Assembly: GCA_009782505.1 (NCBI GenBank) | Contig: WRIW01000004.1 | Span: 25,123-89,122, forward strand | DNA from: Clostridiales bacterium | GTDB lineage: Bacteria; Bacillota; Peptococcia; DRI-13; UBA5745 | DNA length: 64,000 bases | Direction: 5' to 3' | In this document: positions 19,440 to 29,354 of the stretch, piece by piece | Position numbering within the stretch: position 1 is the stretch's first letter | Layout of the letters: each line of letters begins with the position of its first letter | Notes under the pieces: generated by a model | Database searches by the model: none | The model's input: the letters and a program-made list of their open reading frames with translations, nothing else | What the model was told of the DNA's origin: nothing | Position numbers and translations under genes: made by a program

Positions 19440-20822
19440 ATGATTCAGAAGATACGAGGGCGGCTAATCTCCTATTTCGACAGCGATATCCTTTCCGGCA
19501 GCCAGGTATGGGGTATCTTTTTCCCGCTGCTTTGGGAGCAGCTTTTCTTTGCCGTGGTGCCGATCGTCGCCACCTGGATGATCGCGGGCGAAGGGGAAAC
19601 AGCGGTTTCCGCGGTTTCCATGGTCAATACATTTAACTTCATGTTTACGCAGGTGTGCATGTCTTTCGGCATGGGCGGGACGGTGATGGTAGCCCAGTAT
19701 ACGGGAGCGCAAAACCCCCGGCTGGCGGTGAAATCCTTACAGCAGGGCATGTCCGCGGCGACTGCTATTGGATTGGTCATTTCCCTTGTCCTGCTCCTTA
19801 CCGGGAAAACCATCGTCAGCTTTTTCCTGGCGGGGGCGCCCCGGGAGGTACTTGACCTTGCCTATATCTACTTCATTGGGATCAGCATGTCCCTCCCGTT
19901 TTTTTCCCTGTACCAGGGCTTTGCCGGAGGCATGCGCGGTTGGGGCCGCACAAAGACGGCGCTTTACCTGACATTGTTTGTCAACTGTACGGAAATCGGA
20001 TTATCGGCTTTGTTTGTCCTGATCCTGCGCCAGGGCGTGATCGGCATCGCCGCGGCGATCATTCTCTCCAGAGCCCTCGGCGGCGTCGTAGCCGTAGCCT
20101 ATATCGCACGACACAAAGGTGAAATGAATCTCGTAGTCAAGGATTTCTTCCAACCTATATGGCCTATACTCAGGGGCTTAATCCACGTGGCTGTGCCGGT
20201 AGCGCTGGAGCAGGTCTTTTTCCACAGCGGCAAGGCATTCACGCAGCGTTATATCGCCGGCTACGGTACCACACACATGGTTGCCAACGCGGTGGCTACA
20301 GTGGTGACAAACTTTGGCATCGCGTCAAACGGAGCGTTGTCCACGGCTACCCTCACCATCGTCGGGATGGCCATCGGCAGGGAGCGGATAGACCTGGCCA
20401 GGGAATACACGCGGAAATTCGTTCGGGGCGCGTCACTGTATAATGTAATCAATATCCTCCCCATGATCCCGTTTACTATGCTGATGGTTTATCTCTATCA
20501 TGTGACGCCGGAAGCAGCGAAGCTCACCTATCTGTCGGCGGGTGTCTTCTTTGGCTTCGCGCCCCTCTTCGTGGCGAGGAGCTCCATGTCCTCAAGCGCC
20601 CTCAGAGCCGGTGGCGACGCGGTGTACACTTCTACTGTCTCCCTATGCTCCATGTGGTCTGTACGGGTGCTGCTGGCGTATTTCCTTACCCGCGTCCTTG
20701 CCTGGGGCGTGGTGGGCGTCTTCGCCGCGATGGCTCTGGAGTGGGGCGTACGCGGCCTGTTGTTTACACTTCGCTTTAACGGGGACAAATGGTACCGTCA
20801 TAAGCTGATCGTTCGGGAGTAA
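19440..20822 (+). CDS. MATE family efflux transporter
   Basis: VSAVSMV, VAQYTGA, LRAGGDA; hydrophobic pattern. Confidence 0.88.
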   Translation: MIQKIRGRLISYFDSDILSGSQVWGIFFPLLWEQLFFAVVPIVATWMIAGEGETAVSAVSMVNTFNFMFTQVCMSFGMGGTVMVAQYTGAQNPRLAVKSLQQGMSAATAIGLVISLVLLLTGKTIVSFFLAGAPREVLDLAYIYFIGISMSLPFFSLYQGFAGGMRGWGRTKTALYLTLFVNCTEIGLSALFVLILRQGVIGIAAAIILSRALGGVVAVAYIARHKGEMNLVVKDFFQPIWPILRGLIHVAVPVALEQVFFHSGKAFTQRYIAGYGTTHMVANAVATVVTNFGIASNGALSTATLTIVGMAIGRERIDLAREYTRKFVRGASLYNVINILPMIPFTMLMVYLYHVTPEAAKLTYLSAGVFFGFAPLFVARSSMSSSALRAGGDAVYTSTVSLCSMWSVRVLLAYFLTRVLAWGVVGVFAAMALEWGVRGLLFTLRFNGDKWYRHKLIVRE

Positions 20823-20923
20823 CCGAGCTTTCATGAGATTCGGTCCGATATTCGCGATGGTTTGACATACCCGGCTTTACAGGAATAAGATGGCGGCGGA
20901 GTCAGAGAGATGGCGGGGGGATC

Positions 20924-21199
20924 ATGAGTTTTACCTTATACCAAAGCGGGATACTGCACGGCTTGCCCGATAGGCTGGTCATCGAGCGGGACGGCGTCAG
21001 CCTCGGGGATTTTTTTCTGGAGCTTGCCGAACTATACGGCGAGCAAGTCCTGGAGGAGGTCCTCGACGGTGATGGCAATGTCGCCGGGGAAGCGCTGGTC
21101 ATACTCAACGGCGGCGTCATCCACCCGCCTCAGGCTTTGGCGGCGAAAATCCCGCCGGGGAGCGAGCTGGTGATCTCCGCCCTCATCGCAGGCGGCTGA
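20924..21199 (+). CDS. MoaD/ThiS-like sulfur carrier
   Basis: 91 aa, VILNG, C-terminal IAGG; upstream of AOR2; TTGACA...TAAGAT promoter-like sequence upstream. Confidence 0.8.
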   Translation: MSFTLYQSGILHGLPDRLVIERDGVSLGDFFLELAELYGEQVLEEVLDGDGNVAGEALVILNGGVIHPPQALAAKIPPGSELVISALIAGG

Positions 21200-21281
21200 T
21201 TTATAGCCTTATGAAAACTACAGCTAAAGCCGCGCCGCTTTGGGCTATTGGTCTAGCTTTACGAAGAATGGAGTGTATACG

Positions 21282-23174
21282 ATGAACTTTGGCGGATACA
21301 TGGGAAAAATCCTTTTCGTCGACCTGACGGATAAGACCACCCGGGAACAGGAGCTCGACGAGTCGACCTATCGCCGCTATATCGGCGGATACGGTCTGGG
21401 GGCGAGGATACTGTACGAGTTTCTCAAGCCAGGGATCGACCCTCTCGGCCCCGACAACATGATCGGCTTTGTGCCGGGGACCTTCACGGGGACGAAAGCT
21501 CACGCCGCGGGGCGCTTTCATGTAGTCGCCAAGTCGCCCCTTACCGGAGGCTGGGGGGATTCCAGCTGCGGCGGCAACTTCGGCCCCAGGCTGAAGGGCG
21601 CCGGCTACGACGGGGTATTCTTCACCGGCAGGGCGGAGAAGCCGGTATATGTCTACCTGGACGACGGGCGCGTGGAGTTTCACGACGCGGCGGACTTGTG
21701 GGGGAAAGACTCCGCCGACACGGAGGCGAGCCTCAGGGAAAAGCACGGGGGCAAATCCCTCGGCGTGATGTGCATCGGCCAGGCGGGGGAAAATCTGCTG
21801 CGCATCGCCTGCATCATCAATGACTTCGGCCGCGCGGCGGGGCGTATGGGCCTCGGCGCCGTCATGGGCTCGAAGAATCTGAAAGCCTTCGTCGCGTCGG
21901 GAGCGGGACAGGCTCGAATCATGGATCAGGAGGTCTATCAGGAGCAGCTGGACTATATGGTCCACAACATCACGAAAGAACGCACGCCCATGGCAAACCG
22001 GCTGAGCGCGACGGGCACGGCTACGGTATATGTACAGAATATATCGATCCAGGACTGCCCCGTCCAGAACTGGCGCTCCATCGGAGCCGAGAAGTATTCC
22101 TTAGATCAGGCGACGAAGATCGCCGGCCCGGCGTACGCGCCTTATGTCAAGCGGCCCTATGCCTGCGCCCAGTGCGCGGTGGCTTGCGGCGCTATCGTCG
22201 AGTTCACGGACAGCGAGGGGCGGACGCGGGAATCCCACCGGCCGGAGTATGAGACGGTGGGCGCCTTTGGGAGCCTGTGCCTCATCGACGATATACAGGC
22301 GGTGATGGAAGCCAATGAAGCTTGCAACCGTTATGGTATGGATACCATATCCACCGGCGGCACCATCGCTTTCGCCATGGAATGCTTTGAAAAAGGGCAA
22401 ATCACCCGCGAAGACGCGTTAGGCGTCGATCTGAGCTGGGGGAACAAGGACGCACTGGTCCCCATCATCGAGCAGATGGCTTTCCGCAGGGGGATAGGCG
22501 CGGTGCTGGCCGACGGATCCAGGCGCGCGGCTGCCGCCCTGGGCCGCGGCGCAGAGGAGTTCGCCATACAGGCGGGCGGTATGGAGCTGCCTATGCACGA
22601 CGCCCGCTGCTGGCCGGGTTTCGGCTACAGTTACGCCCTGGACCCCACGCCGGGCATCCACTGCAAAGGGCCGGTGGGCTTCATCGAGCATGGCTGGACA
22701 GACCGTCAGTTTGAGGAAACCCACAGCATGAGGCATTTAGCCGAGGACAAGTACAACTATGAAGGCAAAGGCGAGCCCCTCAAGCTGCTGAGCCATTGGT
22801 ATCATTTCTTCAACGGGACCGGCCTGTGCATCTTGGGCAAGTATTGTTACTACCGCTACCCAACCCTGGAGCTTCTCCGGGCCGTCACCGGCTGGAAGGA
22901 CTTCGACATGGAGGAAGCCCTCGCCGTGGGAGAGAGGGTCAATACCTTGCGCCAGCAATTCAACGTCAATGAAGGCATTACCTACGACGACTTTAAGCTT
23001 CCGGGGCGCGCCGCGGGTCTCCCGCCCCTGCACGCGGGGCCCACCGCCGGCGTTACCGTGGATATCGACAAAGTCCGGGACGACTACTATAAAGCGATGG
23101 ATTGGGACGCTTCCGGCAGGCCGTCCCGCAGGGCTATCGAAAGGCTGGGGCTGCAAGAGCTGATCAAAGCGTAA
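21282..23174 (+). CDS. Aldehyde:ferredoxin oxidoreductase family, copy 2
   Basis: KSPLTGGWGDSSCGG, GRMGLGAVMGSKNLKA, CAQCAVAC, PEYET, GMDTIS. Confidence 0.92.
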   Translation: MNFGGYMGKILFVDLTDKTTREQELDESTYRRYIGGYGLGARILYEFLKPGIDPLGPDNMIGFVPGTFTGTKAHAAGRFHVVAKSPLTGGWGDSSCGGNFGPRLKGAGYDGVFFTGRAEKPVYVYLDDGRVEFHDAADLWGKDSADTEASLREKHGGKSLGVMCIGQAGENLLRIACIINDFGRAAGRMGLGAVMGSKNLKAFVASGAGQARIMDQEVYQEQLDYMVHNITKERTPMANRLSATGTATVYVQNISIQDCPVQNWRSIGAEKYSLDQATKIAGPAYAPYVKRPYACAQCAVACGAIVEFTDSEGRTRESHRPEYETVGAFGSLCLIDDIQAVMEANEACNRYGMDTISTGGTIAFAMECFEKGQITREDALGVDLSWGNKDALVPIIEQMAFRRGIGAVLADGSRRAAAALGRGAEEFAIQAGGMELPMHDARCWPGFGYSYALDPTPGIHCKGPVGFIEHGWTDRQFEETHSMRHLAEDKYNYEGKGEPLKLLSHWYHFFNGTGLCILGKYCYYRYPTLELLRAVTGWKDFDMEEALAVGERVNTLRQQFNVNEGITYDDFKLPGRAAGLPPLHAGPTAGVTVDIDKVRDDYYKAMDWDASGRPSRRAIERLGLQELIKA

Positions 23175-23203
23175 GCAAACAGTGTAAGCTAAAGAGAAAG
23201 CAC

Positions 23204-23457
23204 AAGCGAACAACAGGCGTAATATAAAGCCAGCGCCACTGCTTGTCTGACTCCCTGGACAATATCTGCAAATCATCACGTCAATCATAGAATAAAGCCT
23301 ATCGGCTACGACACGACATCCTGTCGTGCTCCGCCTAATCAGACATCGTGTCTGATTTACGGCTTACCTGGTTGATTGCCGTGTGATTTAAGACGATATC
23401 GTCCAAAGTCGTCAAACAAGCGGTGGCGCTGGTCTGCGTTACGCCTGTTGTTCGCTT
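23204..23457 (-). repeat. Long-hairpin structured element (MITE/ncRNA-like), copy A
   Basis: Arms aagcgaacaacaggcgtaa/ttacgcctgttgttcgctt and ccagcgccactgcttgtctgac/gtcaaacaagcggtggcgctgg; two-hairpin core 23295-23365 matches copy B in architecture. Confidence 0.75.
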
Positions 23458-24875
23458 CTGCGCTTCCTGTTTACCGCGATGATCCACGCCACCGTCACGG
23501 CTATGCCTATGAGGCATATGCCCGACGCGATGAGGAAAGTATTGCGCATCCCGTACATGAACGCCGCTTCCTGGCCGCCCCCCGGCTCATAGCCGGTCAC
23601 GTGGTAGCCCAGAACCTTGCTCATCCCCCCGTAAAGCACGGCTGTGGTAAAGGCGACGCCCAGGGTCATGCCAATATTTCGAATGCACATGCTGGCGGAT
23701 CCGCCTATCCCCAGCTTATCCGGCGGGACATTTGACATGATGTGCGTGTTGTTTGGCGCGTTAAACAAGGCGTTGCCGAAGCTGATGACGCAATAGTACA
23801 TGATCATCACGATGACGGGGGAATTCACGGTCAGCGTAGCCATGAGCATCAATCCCAGGAAGTTCAATATCTGGCCGGCGAGGGACAATGCGTCGCCCCT
23901 GATCTTGTCGGTGAGTATCCCGCTGACCGGCGTGACAAGCAGGACAATGACCGGCGATACGGTCATGTACAGGCCGGCGAGGCCTACCGGCGTGCCCAGC
24001 ACGCCTTGCATGTAGAAGGGGATGATGATGTTGCCGAAGCCCATGGTAAACATCTGGATAAAAGCCGTCAACACATTTACGGAGAAGATTGGGTTCTTGA
24101 ATAGGCCAAGATCCAGCAGGGGCATGGCTTTTTTCCTCTGCATAGCAAAAAACGCGCTGAAGGTCACCAGTGACAAAGCCAGCCCGGAGAGGATAGTAGC
24201 GCTGGTGTAGCCGGCGGCATACCCCCCCTGCATAGAGTAAAGCAGGGATACTATGGCTACAGCGTAGAGCAGCGCCCCCGGGTAGTCCATGGTCTCCCTG
24301 CGCTCGGGGGCCTTCTCCTTAGGGAAGCAGCGTAAACCCAGCAGCAGGGCCGCCAGGGTGACGGGGGCCTTAAGCAGGAACATATACTGCCAGGGCAGAT
24401 AAGCGATGATCAAGCCGCCCAGGGTAGGCCCGGCAAGCAGGCCGATAGATACGGCGCCCCCGTATATGCCCATGGCGCGCCCCCGTTCGCTCTGAGGGAA
24501 GACCATGGTGATCAGGCCCTGGCTGTTTGCCATGGTGCAGCTTGTCCCGATGGCCTGCACGATACGGGCGATGACCAGCATGGAGAGGGAATTCGCCAAG
24601 CCGCCAAATACCGAACTCAAGGTATAGACGGCGACGCCGACCAGATAAAACTTCGTCTTGCCGACGATGTCCCCAAGCCTGCCGAAGAAAAGTATCAGTG
24701 TGGAAGTTGTGATCGAGTACGCGCTGACGATCCAGATGACAGCGCCGGAGGTCACCCCCAGATTCTGGCTTATCGTGGGCAACGCGATATTTAGCATGCT
24801 GCCGTCCAAGCCGTCCATGACGATTTTCATCACGATGACCGTCAATACCAACCATTTTCTTTTGTCGTTATCCAC
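23439..24875 (-). CDS. MFS DHA2 (14-TM) drug/H+ antiporter
   Basis: LDGSMLNIALP, GRLGDIVGK, GPTLGG, MDYPG, PLLDLGLF. Confidence 0.92.
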   Translation of the reverse strand: MDNDKRKWLVLTVIVMKIVMDGLDGSMLNIALPTISQNLGVTSGAVIWIVSAYSITTSTLILFFGRLGDIVGKTKFYLVGVAVYTLSSVFGGLANSLSMLVIARIVQAIGTSCTMANSQGLITMVFPQSERGRAMGIYGGAVSIGLLAGPTLGGLIIAYLPWQYMFLLKAPVTLAALLLGLRCFPKEKAPERRETMDYPGALLYAVAIVSLLYSMQGGYAAGYTSATILSGLALSLVTFSAFFAMQRKKAMPLLDLGLFKNPIFSVNVLTAFIQMFTMGFGNIIIPFYMQGVLGTPVGLAGLYMTVSPVIVLLVTPVSGILTDKIRGDALSLAGQILNFLGLMLMATLTVNSPVIVMIMYYCVISFGNALFNAPNNTHIMSNVPPDKLGIGGSASMCIRNIGMTLGVAFTTAVLYGGMSKVLGYHVTGYEPGGGQEAAFMYGMRNTFLIASGICLIGIAVTVAWIIAVNRKRRSEQQA

Positions 24876-24929
24876 TATTTCGTCCTTTTGATTTATTTGC
24901 GCCTTTTCCCGGGCGTCGCGGGCGCGGGT

Positions 24930-25325
24930 TTACAGATCGACCGCCGTTGGCTCCTTGCCGCCCTCGGTGACCATGCAGGTCGCGTTCTTCAGATAGAACA
25001 TGGCGACTTCGCCGGGCTTGTCCTTATATATCTCGCCAATCCGCGGATTGTTTTCAAACAGATATTTCTTTACCTCTTCGCTTTCGTCCGGTACCGCTTC
25101 GCCTACGATCCTGATCCAGTCCATGTTCTGCTTAATGGCCGCGAGGGAAACTTTCGGATTGCTTATCATCTGCTTGTACACATTCTTCGACCTTCCCATG
25201 CTGAAGTAGAACCGGCCGTTATACTCCATGTTTGAGCCGAAAGGCCGGAGCTGGGGCTGACCGTCGTCCGACGTGGCGATGAAATACACGCCCGCCTCTT
25301 TCAGAAAATCTACGCCTTTACCCAT
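24930..25325 (-). CDS. Pyridoxamine 5'-phosphate oxidase-like (NimC/NimA-like) FMN-binding protein
   Basis: YFIATSDDGQPQLRPF...KNVYKQMISNPKV...WIRI; GGAGG RBS before MGKG. Confidence 0.85.
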   Translation of the reverse strand: MGKGVDFLKEAGVYFIATSDDGQPQLRPFGSNMEYNGRFYFSMGRSKNVYKQMISNPKVSLAAIKQNMDWIRIVGEAVPDESEEVKKYLFENNPRIGEIYKDKPGEVAMFYLKNATCMVTEGGKEPTAVDL

Positions 25326-25467
25326 AATGCGCGCCTCCTTAATTTTTTTATCAACGCTATGTATTATACTTCTTTTTCTTGCCCGGCACAATTAATATGC
25401 TATACTTATAATATAGAACGTCGCGCCCGGCGCGGTACGTGCAATACATAAATCATGGGAGGACGAA

Positions 25468-26592
25468 TTGACGATGAACGCGAAACCCGCGGTTAAGCCG
25501 CAATACCCCAATTTTTCTTCAGGCCCCTGCGCGAAGATCCCCGGCTTCGATCTGGCGGATTTGGAATCGGCTCCCCTGGGAAGATCCCACAGAAGCGCCC
25601 TTGGCAAAGGGAAACTGGCGGAATCCATCGAAAGGACCAAAGCGTTGCTGGAGATACCGGAAGACTATCTTGTGGGAATCGTTCCGGCTTCAGATACCGG
25701 CGCCATTGAGATGGCTATGTGGAATCTGCTGGGCGAGAGAGGGGTCGACGTCGTCTGGTTTGAGTCCTTCGGGAAGTTTTGGGCCAACGATATCGTCGAC
25801 CAGCTGCGTTTAAAGGATGTGAATGTCCTGTCCGCCGGATACGGCGAGCTGCCCGATCTGTCGATGATCGATTTTGACCGCGACGTAGTCTTTACCTGGA
25901 ACGGCACCACCAGCGGCGTAAAAGTACCGAACGGGGACTTTATCCCGGCGGACAGGCGGGGGCTGACCATCTGCGACGCTACCTCCGCCGTCTTTGCTAT
26001 GGAGATCGACTGGAGCAAGCTGGACGTCGCCACATTTTCCTGGCAGAAGGTACTGGGCGGTGAAGCGGCCCACGGCATGCTCGTGCTGTCGCCCAGAGCT
26101 GTGGAACGCGTTAACGCCTACACGCCCCCCTGGCCGATTCCCAGGATATTTCAGCTGAAAAGCAAAGGTAAATTCGCCCTGGAGCTCTTTGAAGGCTCCA
26201 CCATCAACACACCCTCCATGTTATGTAACGAGGACTACCTGAACGCTCTGGACTGGGCGGAATCCGTCGGCGGGTTGAAGAAGCTTCGGCAGATCAGCGC
26301 CGATAATTTAAAAGCCTTCGAAAGGTTCGTCGGCGGGCGCGAATGGATACGTTTTCTGGCCTCTGATCCGCGGACCGTATCGAATACAAGCGTTTGCCTG
26401 GCTCTCGATTTACCCGAGGAAAAGATCAAGAAGATCGTCAGCCTGCTGGAAGAAGAAGGAGCGGCTTATGACGTCGCCCCTTACCGCGACGCTCCGCCGG
26501 GGCTGCGCTTCTGGTGCGGCTCCACCGTACAGACAAAGGATGTGGAAATCGCGCTGGAGTGGCTGGACTGGGCCTACCACGAGGTGAAGTAA
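25468..26592 (+). CDS. serC: Phosphoserine aminotransferase (Methanosarcina-type)
   Basis: [52 protein letters not shown]. Confidence 0.93.
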   Translation: MTMNAKPAVKPQYPNFSSGPCAKIPGFDLADLESAPLGRSHRSALGKGKLAESIERTKALLEIPEDYLVGIVPASDTGAIEMAMWNLLGERGVDVVWFESFGKFWANDIVDQLRLKDVNVLSAGYGELPDLSMIDFDRDVVFTWNGTTSGVKVPNGDFIPADRRGLTICDATSAVFAMEIDWSKLDVATFSWQKVLGGEAAHGMLVLSPRAVERVNAYTPPWPIPRIFQLKSKGKFALELFEGSTINTPSMLCNEDYLNALDWAESVGGLKKLRQISADNLKAFERFVGGREWIRFLASDPRTVSNTSVCLALDLPEEKIKKIVSLLEEEGAAYDVAPYRDAPPGLRFWCGSTVQTKDVEIALEWLDWAYHEVK

Positions 26593-26604
26593 GACCGAAA
26601 TGCT

Positions 26605-26833
26605 TGCCCAAGCAAGGTAGCCTGTGTCTGGCAAGACGACATTGCGTCGAAGCAATCAAGACACGAGATAAGCGTTTAGACGAAGCCATAAATAAATCAG
26701 GACGATTTATTAGGCGAGGTCGTCACGATGACGACTCGAAGCCGGTATGGCTGAGTATATCACGGCGACAAGGTGTTTCTTAGTATAATATAGCAGTCGT
26801 CGGTCAGACACAGGCTGCCTTGGGTCATGGGCA
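26605..26833 (+). repeat. Long-hairpin structured element (MITE/ncRNA-like), copy B
   Basis: Arms caaggtagcctgtgtctggc/gtcagacacaggctgccttg (mismatches are G.U on +); core 26683-26752. Confidence 0.75.
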
Positions 26834-26854
26834 TAGCTTAGTTAGGAGTGTTCA

Positions 26855-27607
26855 ATGTTCATTAAATTTATCTGCTGCGACGTCTTTGCCCGTATTGCCT
26901 GCGAGCTCGTTTCCCGATCCCCCCATATCGTAGACCTGGAGTTTATCCCCATGCTGGCCCACCAGGAGCCGAAAAAGCTAAACCGCCTGATCCAGGAGAA
27001 GATCGACCAAAGCCTGAACGATTCCGGGCGTAAGTACGACGCGGTCATCCTGGGCTTCGGCTTGTGCGGCAATTCCGTCGTCGGCCTCTCCTGCGCCGTG
27101 CCCCTGGTCATCCCCCGGGCCCATGACTGCTGCACCATCCATATGGGCAGCAAGGAGGGCTTCATCGCCTCCTTCGGAAATCAGCTGAGCGCCCGCTGGT
27201 GCTCCACCGGGTACTACGAGCGGGCCCATGTGCCGAATAGCGGCTACTTCGGCCCAGATCAGCTGGAAAACTATAAGACTTCAGTGGAATACATGAAACT
27301 CGTGGATCAGTACGGCGAGGAAGACGCGGATTTCATATGGGAAACCATGCACCCGAAAATCGAAACCAACGAAGCCTACTACATCAGGATCGAGGGATAC
27401 GAGCACTCGGGCGCCTATGAAGGCTTTCAGTCGAAGATCGCAGAGGCGGGCAAAGAGCTCATCACCGTCCGCGGGGATACGGCCATGCTGAAGGCGCTGG
27501 TCGATGGCGAATGGGACGAGGCCGTTTTCCTCACCGTCCCCCCCGGGAAGAAGATCGAAGGCGTATATGATATGGACCAGGTCGTCAAGTATGCCGACGG
27601 GGAATGA
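26855..27607 (+). CDS. DUF1638 domain protein
   Basis: ICCDVFAR...H...YDAVILGFGLCGN...PRAHDCC motif. Confidence 0.85.
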   Translation: MFIKFICCDVFARIACELVSRSPHIVDLEFIPMLAHQEPKKLNRLIQEKIDQSLNDSGRKYDAVILGFGLCGNSVVGLSCAVPLVIPRAHDCCTIHMGSKEGFIASFGNQLSARWCSTGYYERAHVPNSGYFGPDQLENYKTSVEYMKLVDQYGEEDADFIWETMHPKIETNEAYYIRIEGYEHSGAYEGFQSKIAEAGKELITVRGDTAMLKALVDGEWDEAVFLTVPPGKKIEGVYDMDQVVKYADGE

Positions 27608-27616
27608 ATAAGCGTT

Positions 27617-29314
27617 ATGTTTAGAAAAAGCTTTAAAATGAGGATCATCATCCCCACGGTCACGATATTTGTCGTGCTGGTGGTCGCTTTGAATCTTTTT
27701 TTGTCCTTCCGGTTCTCGGCGCTTAGCGGCTTCCTCATCAACGAAAAACTGATTTCAAACACAAACAGCCTGAAGAACTATCTCGGCGACTGCGAGGCGA
27801 ATTCCAGGGCGGCGGCCCTATCCATGGCTTCAAACGCCCGGGCGGTGGAGGCCATCAAAGAGCGGGACAGGAGAGAGATCCTGCGGATATTCACGCCCAC
27901 CCATGATTTGTACCAGATCAGCTTCTACACCATCTGCGACGCTGATGGCTTCGTACTGGCCAGGACCTACTCCCCCGATCAGTTTGGCGACAATGTCCTG
28001 TCCCAGCACAGCTTCCGCGAAGCGTTGGCAGGCAATACGATCACCAACTTTGAAGAGGCTGCCATGGTCAAGGTTTCCCTCCGTACCGGGACGCCCGTAT
28101 ACGACGCGGACGGCGCGCTTGTCGGAGCGATTCTGGCCGGGGTGCGATTTGACCTGGACAGCGAGGTGGAGAGGCTCAAGGAGATATTTCATTCCGAGAT
28201 CACCGTTTTTCTGGGCAGCACGAGGGTCGCCACGACGATCACGAAAAATGGCCAGAGCATAGTCGGTACCGAGCTGGATTCGCGCATAGGGGAGGTCGTC
28301 ATTCAAAACCGCCGGGAGTACTCCGGCGACGCGGATATCCTCGGGGAAAAGTATAAAACGTTTTATATGCCCCTGCTCAACGCCGGCGGGGACGCTTTCG
28401 CCACGTTTTTTCTGGGCATCCCGGAGGCGGAGGTCATCAGCGCCGTCAACAGTACCATGTACGCGGGCCTGGCGCTGGGCTTCGGCGGGCTGCTGATATC
28501 TATACTTCTTTTGTATAAGTTCATTTCGTCCATCAGCAAGCCGATCACCCGGCTCTCCGGCGACATGGAGAGCATAGCCAACGGCGCCCTGGACGTGGAT
28601 ATCCAGGTCAAGGGCGAGGACGAGGTAGGCCTGCTGGGCGCCTCGCTGCAAAGGGTAGCCGATATCTTATATAAGCTCATCGACGATATCAACATGATGA
28701 TAAGCGAGCAGCGCCAGGGCAATACGGACTATAGCCTTGACGCCAGTGAGTTTCTTGGCGACTATAAAGTGCTTGCGGAAAACATACTGGAGCTGGCGGC
28801 CCTGGGCAACCTGGATCAACTGACGGGCATACCAAACAGGCGGAGCTTTGACAATCGGCTGGAGATGGAATGGGGCAGGGCCATCCGGGATCACACGCCT
28901 ATCAGCATCCTGATGATAGATGTGGATAAGTTTAAGAATTATAATGACGCCTTCGGGCATCAGCAGGGGGATGTGGCGTTGAAGACCGTAGCCAGGGTAC
29001 TGAGGCAGTCCGGCAAGCGCTCCATCGACTTCGCGGCGCGCTGGGGGGGCGAGGAATTCGTCGTCCTGCTTCCGGGCACGGACGCCCAGGGCGCGGTCAC
29101 CGTGGCGGAGAATATCCGCGAAGAAGTGGGGGGCACAGAGATCCCCTGCGCCGACGAGGCAGGGGCAAAGGTGACCATCAGCGTGGGGGTCAACACCCAG
29201 ACGCCTACGTCAAACAGCTTGATGAGCGGTTTTATCTCCGGCGCCGACGCCGCCCTTTATCAGGCAAAGGGTACGGGCCGCAACCGGGTTTGCCTCCACG
29301 ACGGAAGGCTGTAG
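27617..29314 (+). CDS. Membrane diguanylate cyclase (Cache-HAMP-GGDEF)
   Basis: Two TM segments, HAMP (DEVGLL), DQLTGIPNRR, DVDKFK, RSID I-site, ARWGGEEF. Confidence 0.92.
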   Translation: MFRKSFKMRIIIPTVTIFVVLVVALNLFLSFRFSALSGFLINEKLISNTNSLKNYLGDCEANSRAAALSMASNARAVEAIKERDRREILRIFTPTHDLYQISFYTICDADGFVLARTYSPDQFGDNVLSQHSFREALAGNTITNFEEAAMVKVSLRTGTPVYDADGALVGAILAGVRFDLDSEVERLKEIFHSEITVFLGSTRVATTITKNGQSIVGTELDSRIGEVVIQNRREYSGDADILGEKYKTFYMPLLNAGGDAFATFFLGIPEAEVISAVNSTMYAGLALGFGGLLISILLLYKFISSISKPITRLSGDMESIANGALDVDIQVKGEDEVGLLGASLQRVADILYKLIDDINMMISEQRQGNTDYSLDASEFLGDYKVLAENILELAALGNLDQLTGIPNRRSFDNRLEMEWGRAIRDHTPISILMIDVDKFKNYNDAFGHQQGDVALKTVARVLRQSGKRSIDFAARWGGEEFVVLLPGTDAQGAVTVAENIREEVGGTEIPCADEAGAKVTISVGVNTQTPTSNSLMSGFISGADAALYQAKGTGRNRVCLHDGRL

Positions 29315-29354
29315 CGGAGAGACGCCGTAGCGAAGGAATGCCGCTGGTGTTATT

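Noticed and set aside
23204-26833. The two structured elements as ends of one composite transposon, or as retron msr-msd
   Set aside because: The enclosed genes are ordinary (MFS, PNPOx-like, serC), there is no transposase or RT, and the outer arms are too divergent between copies.
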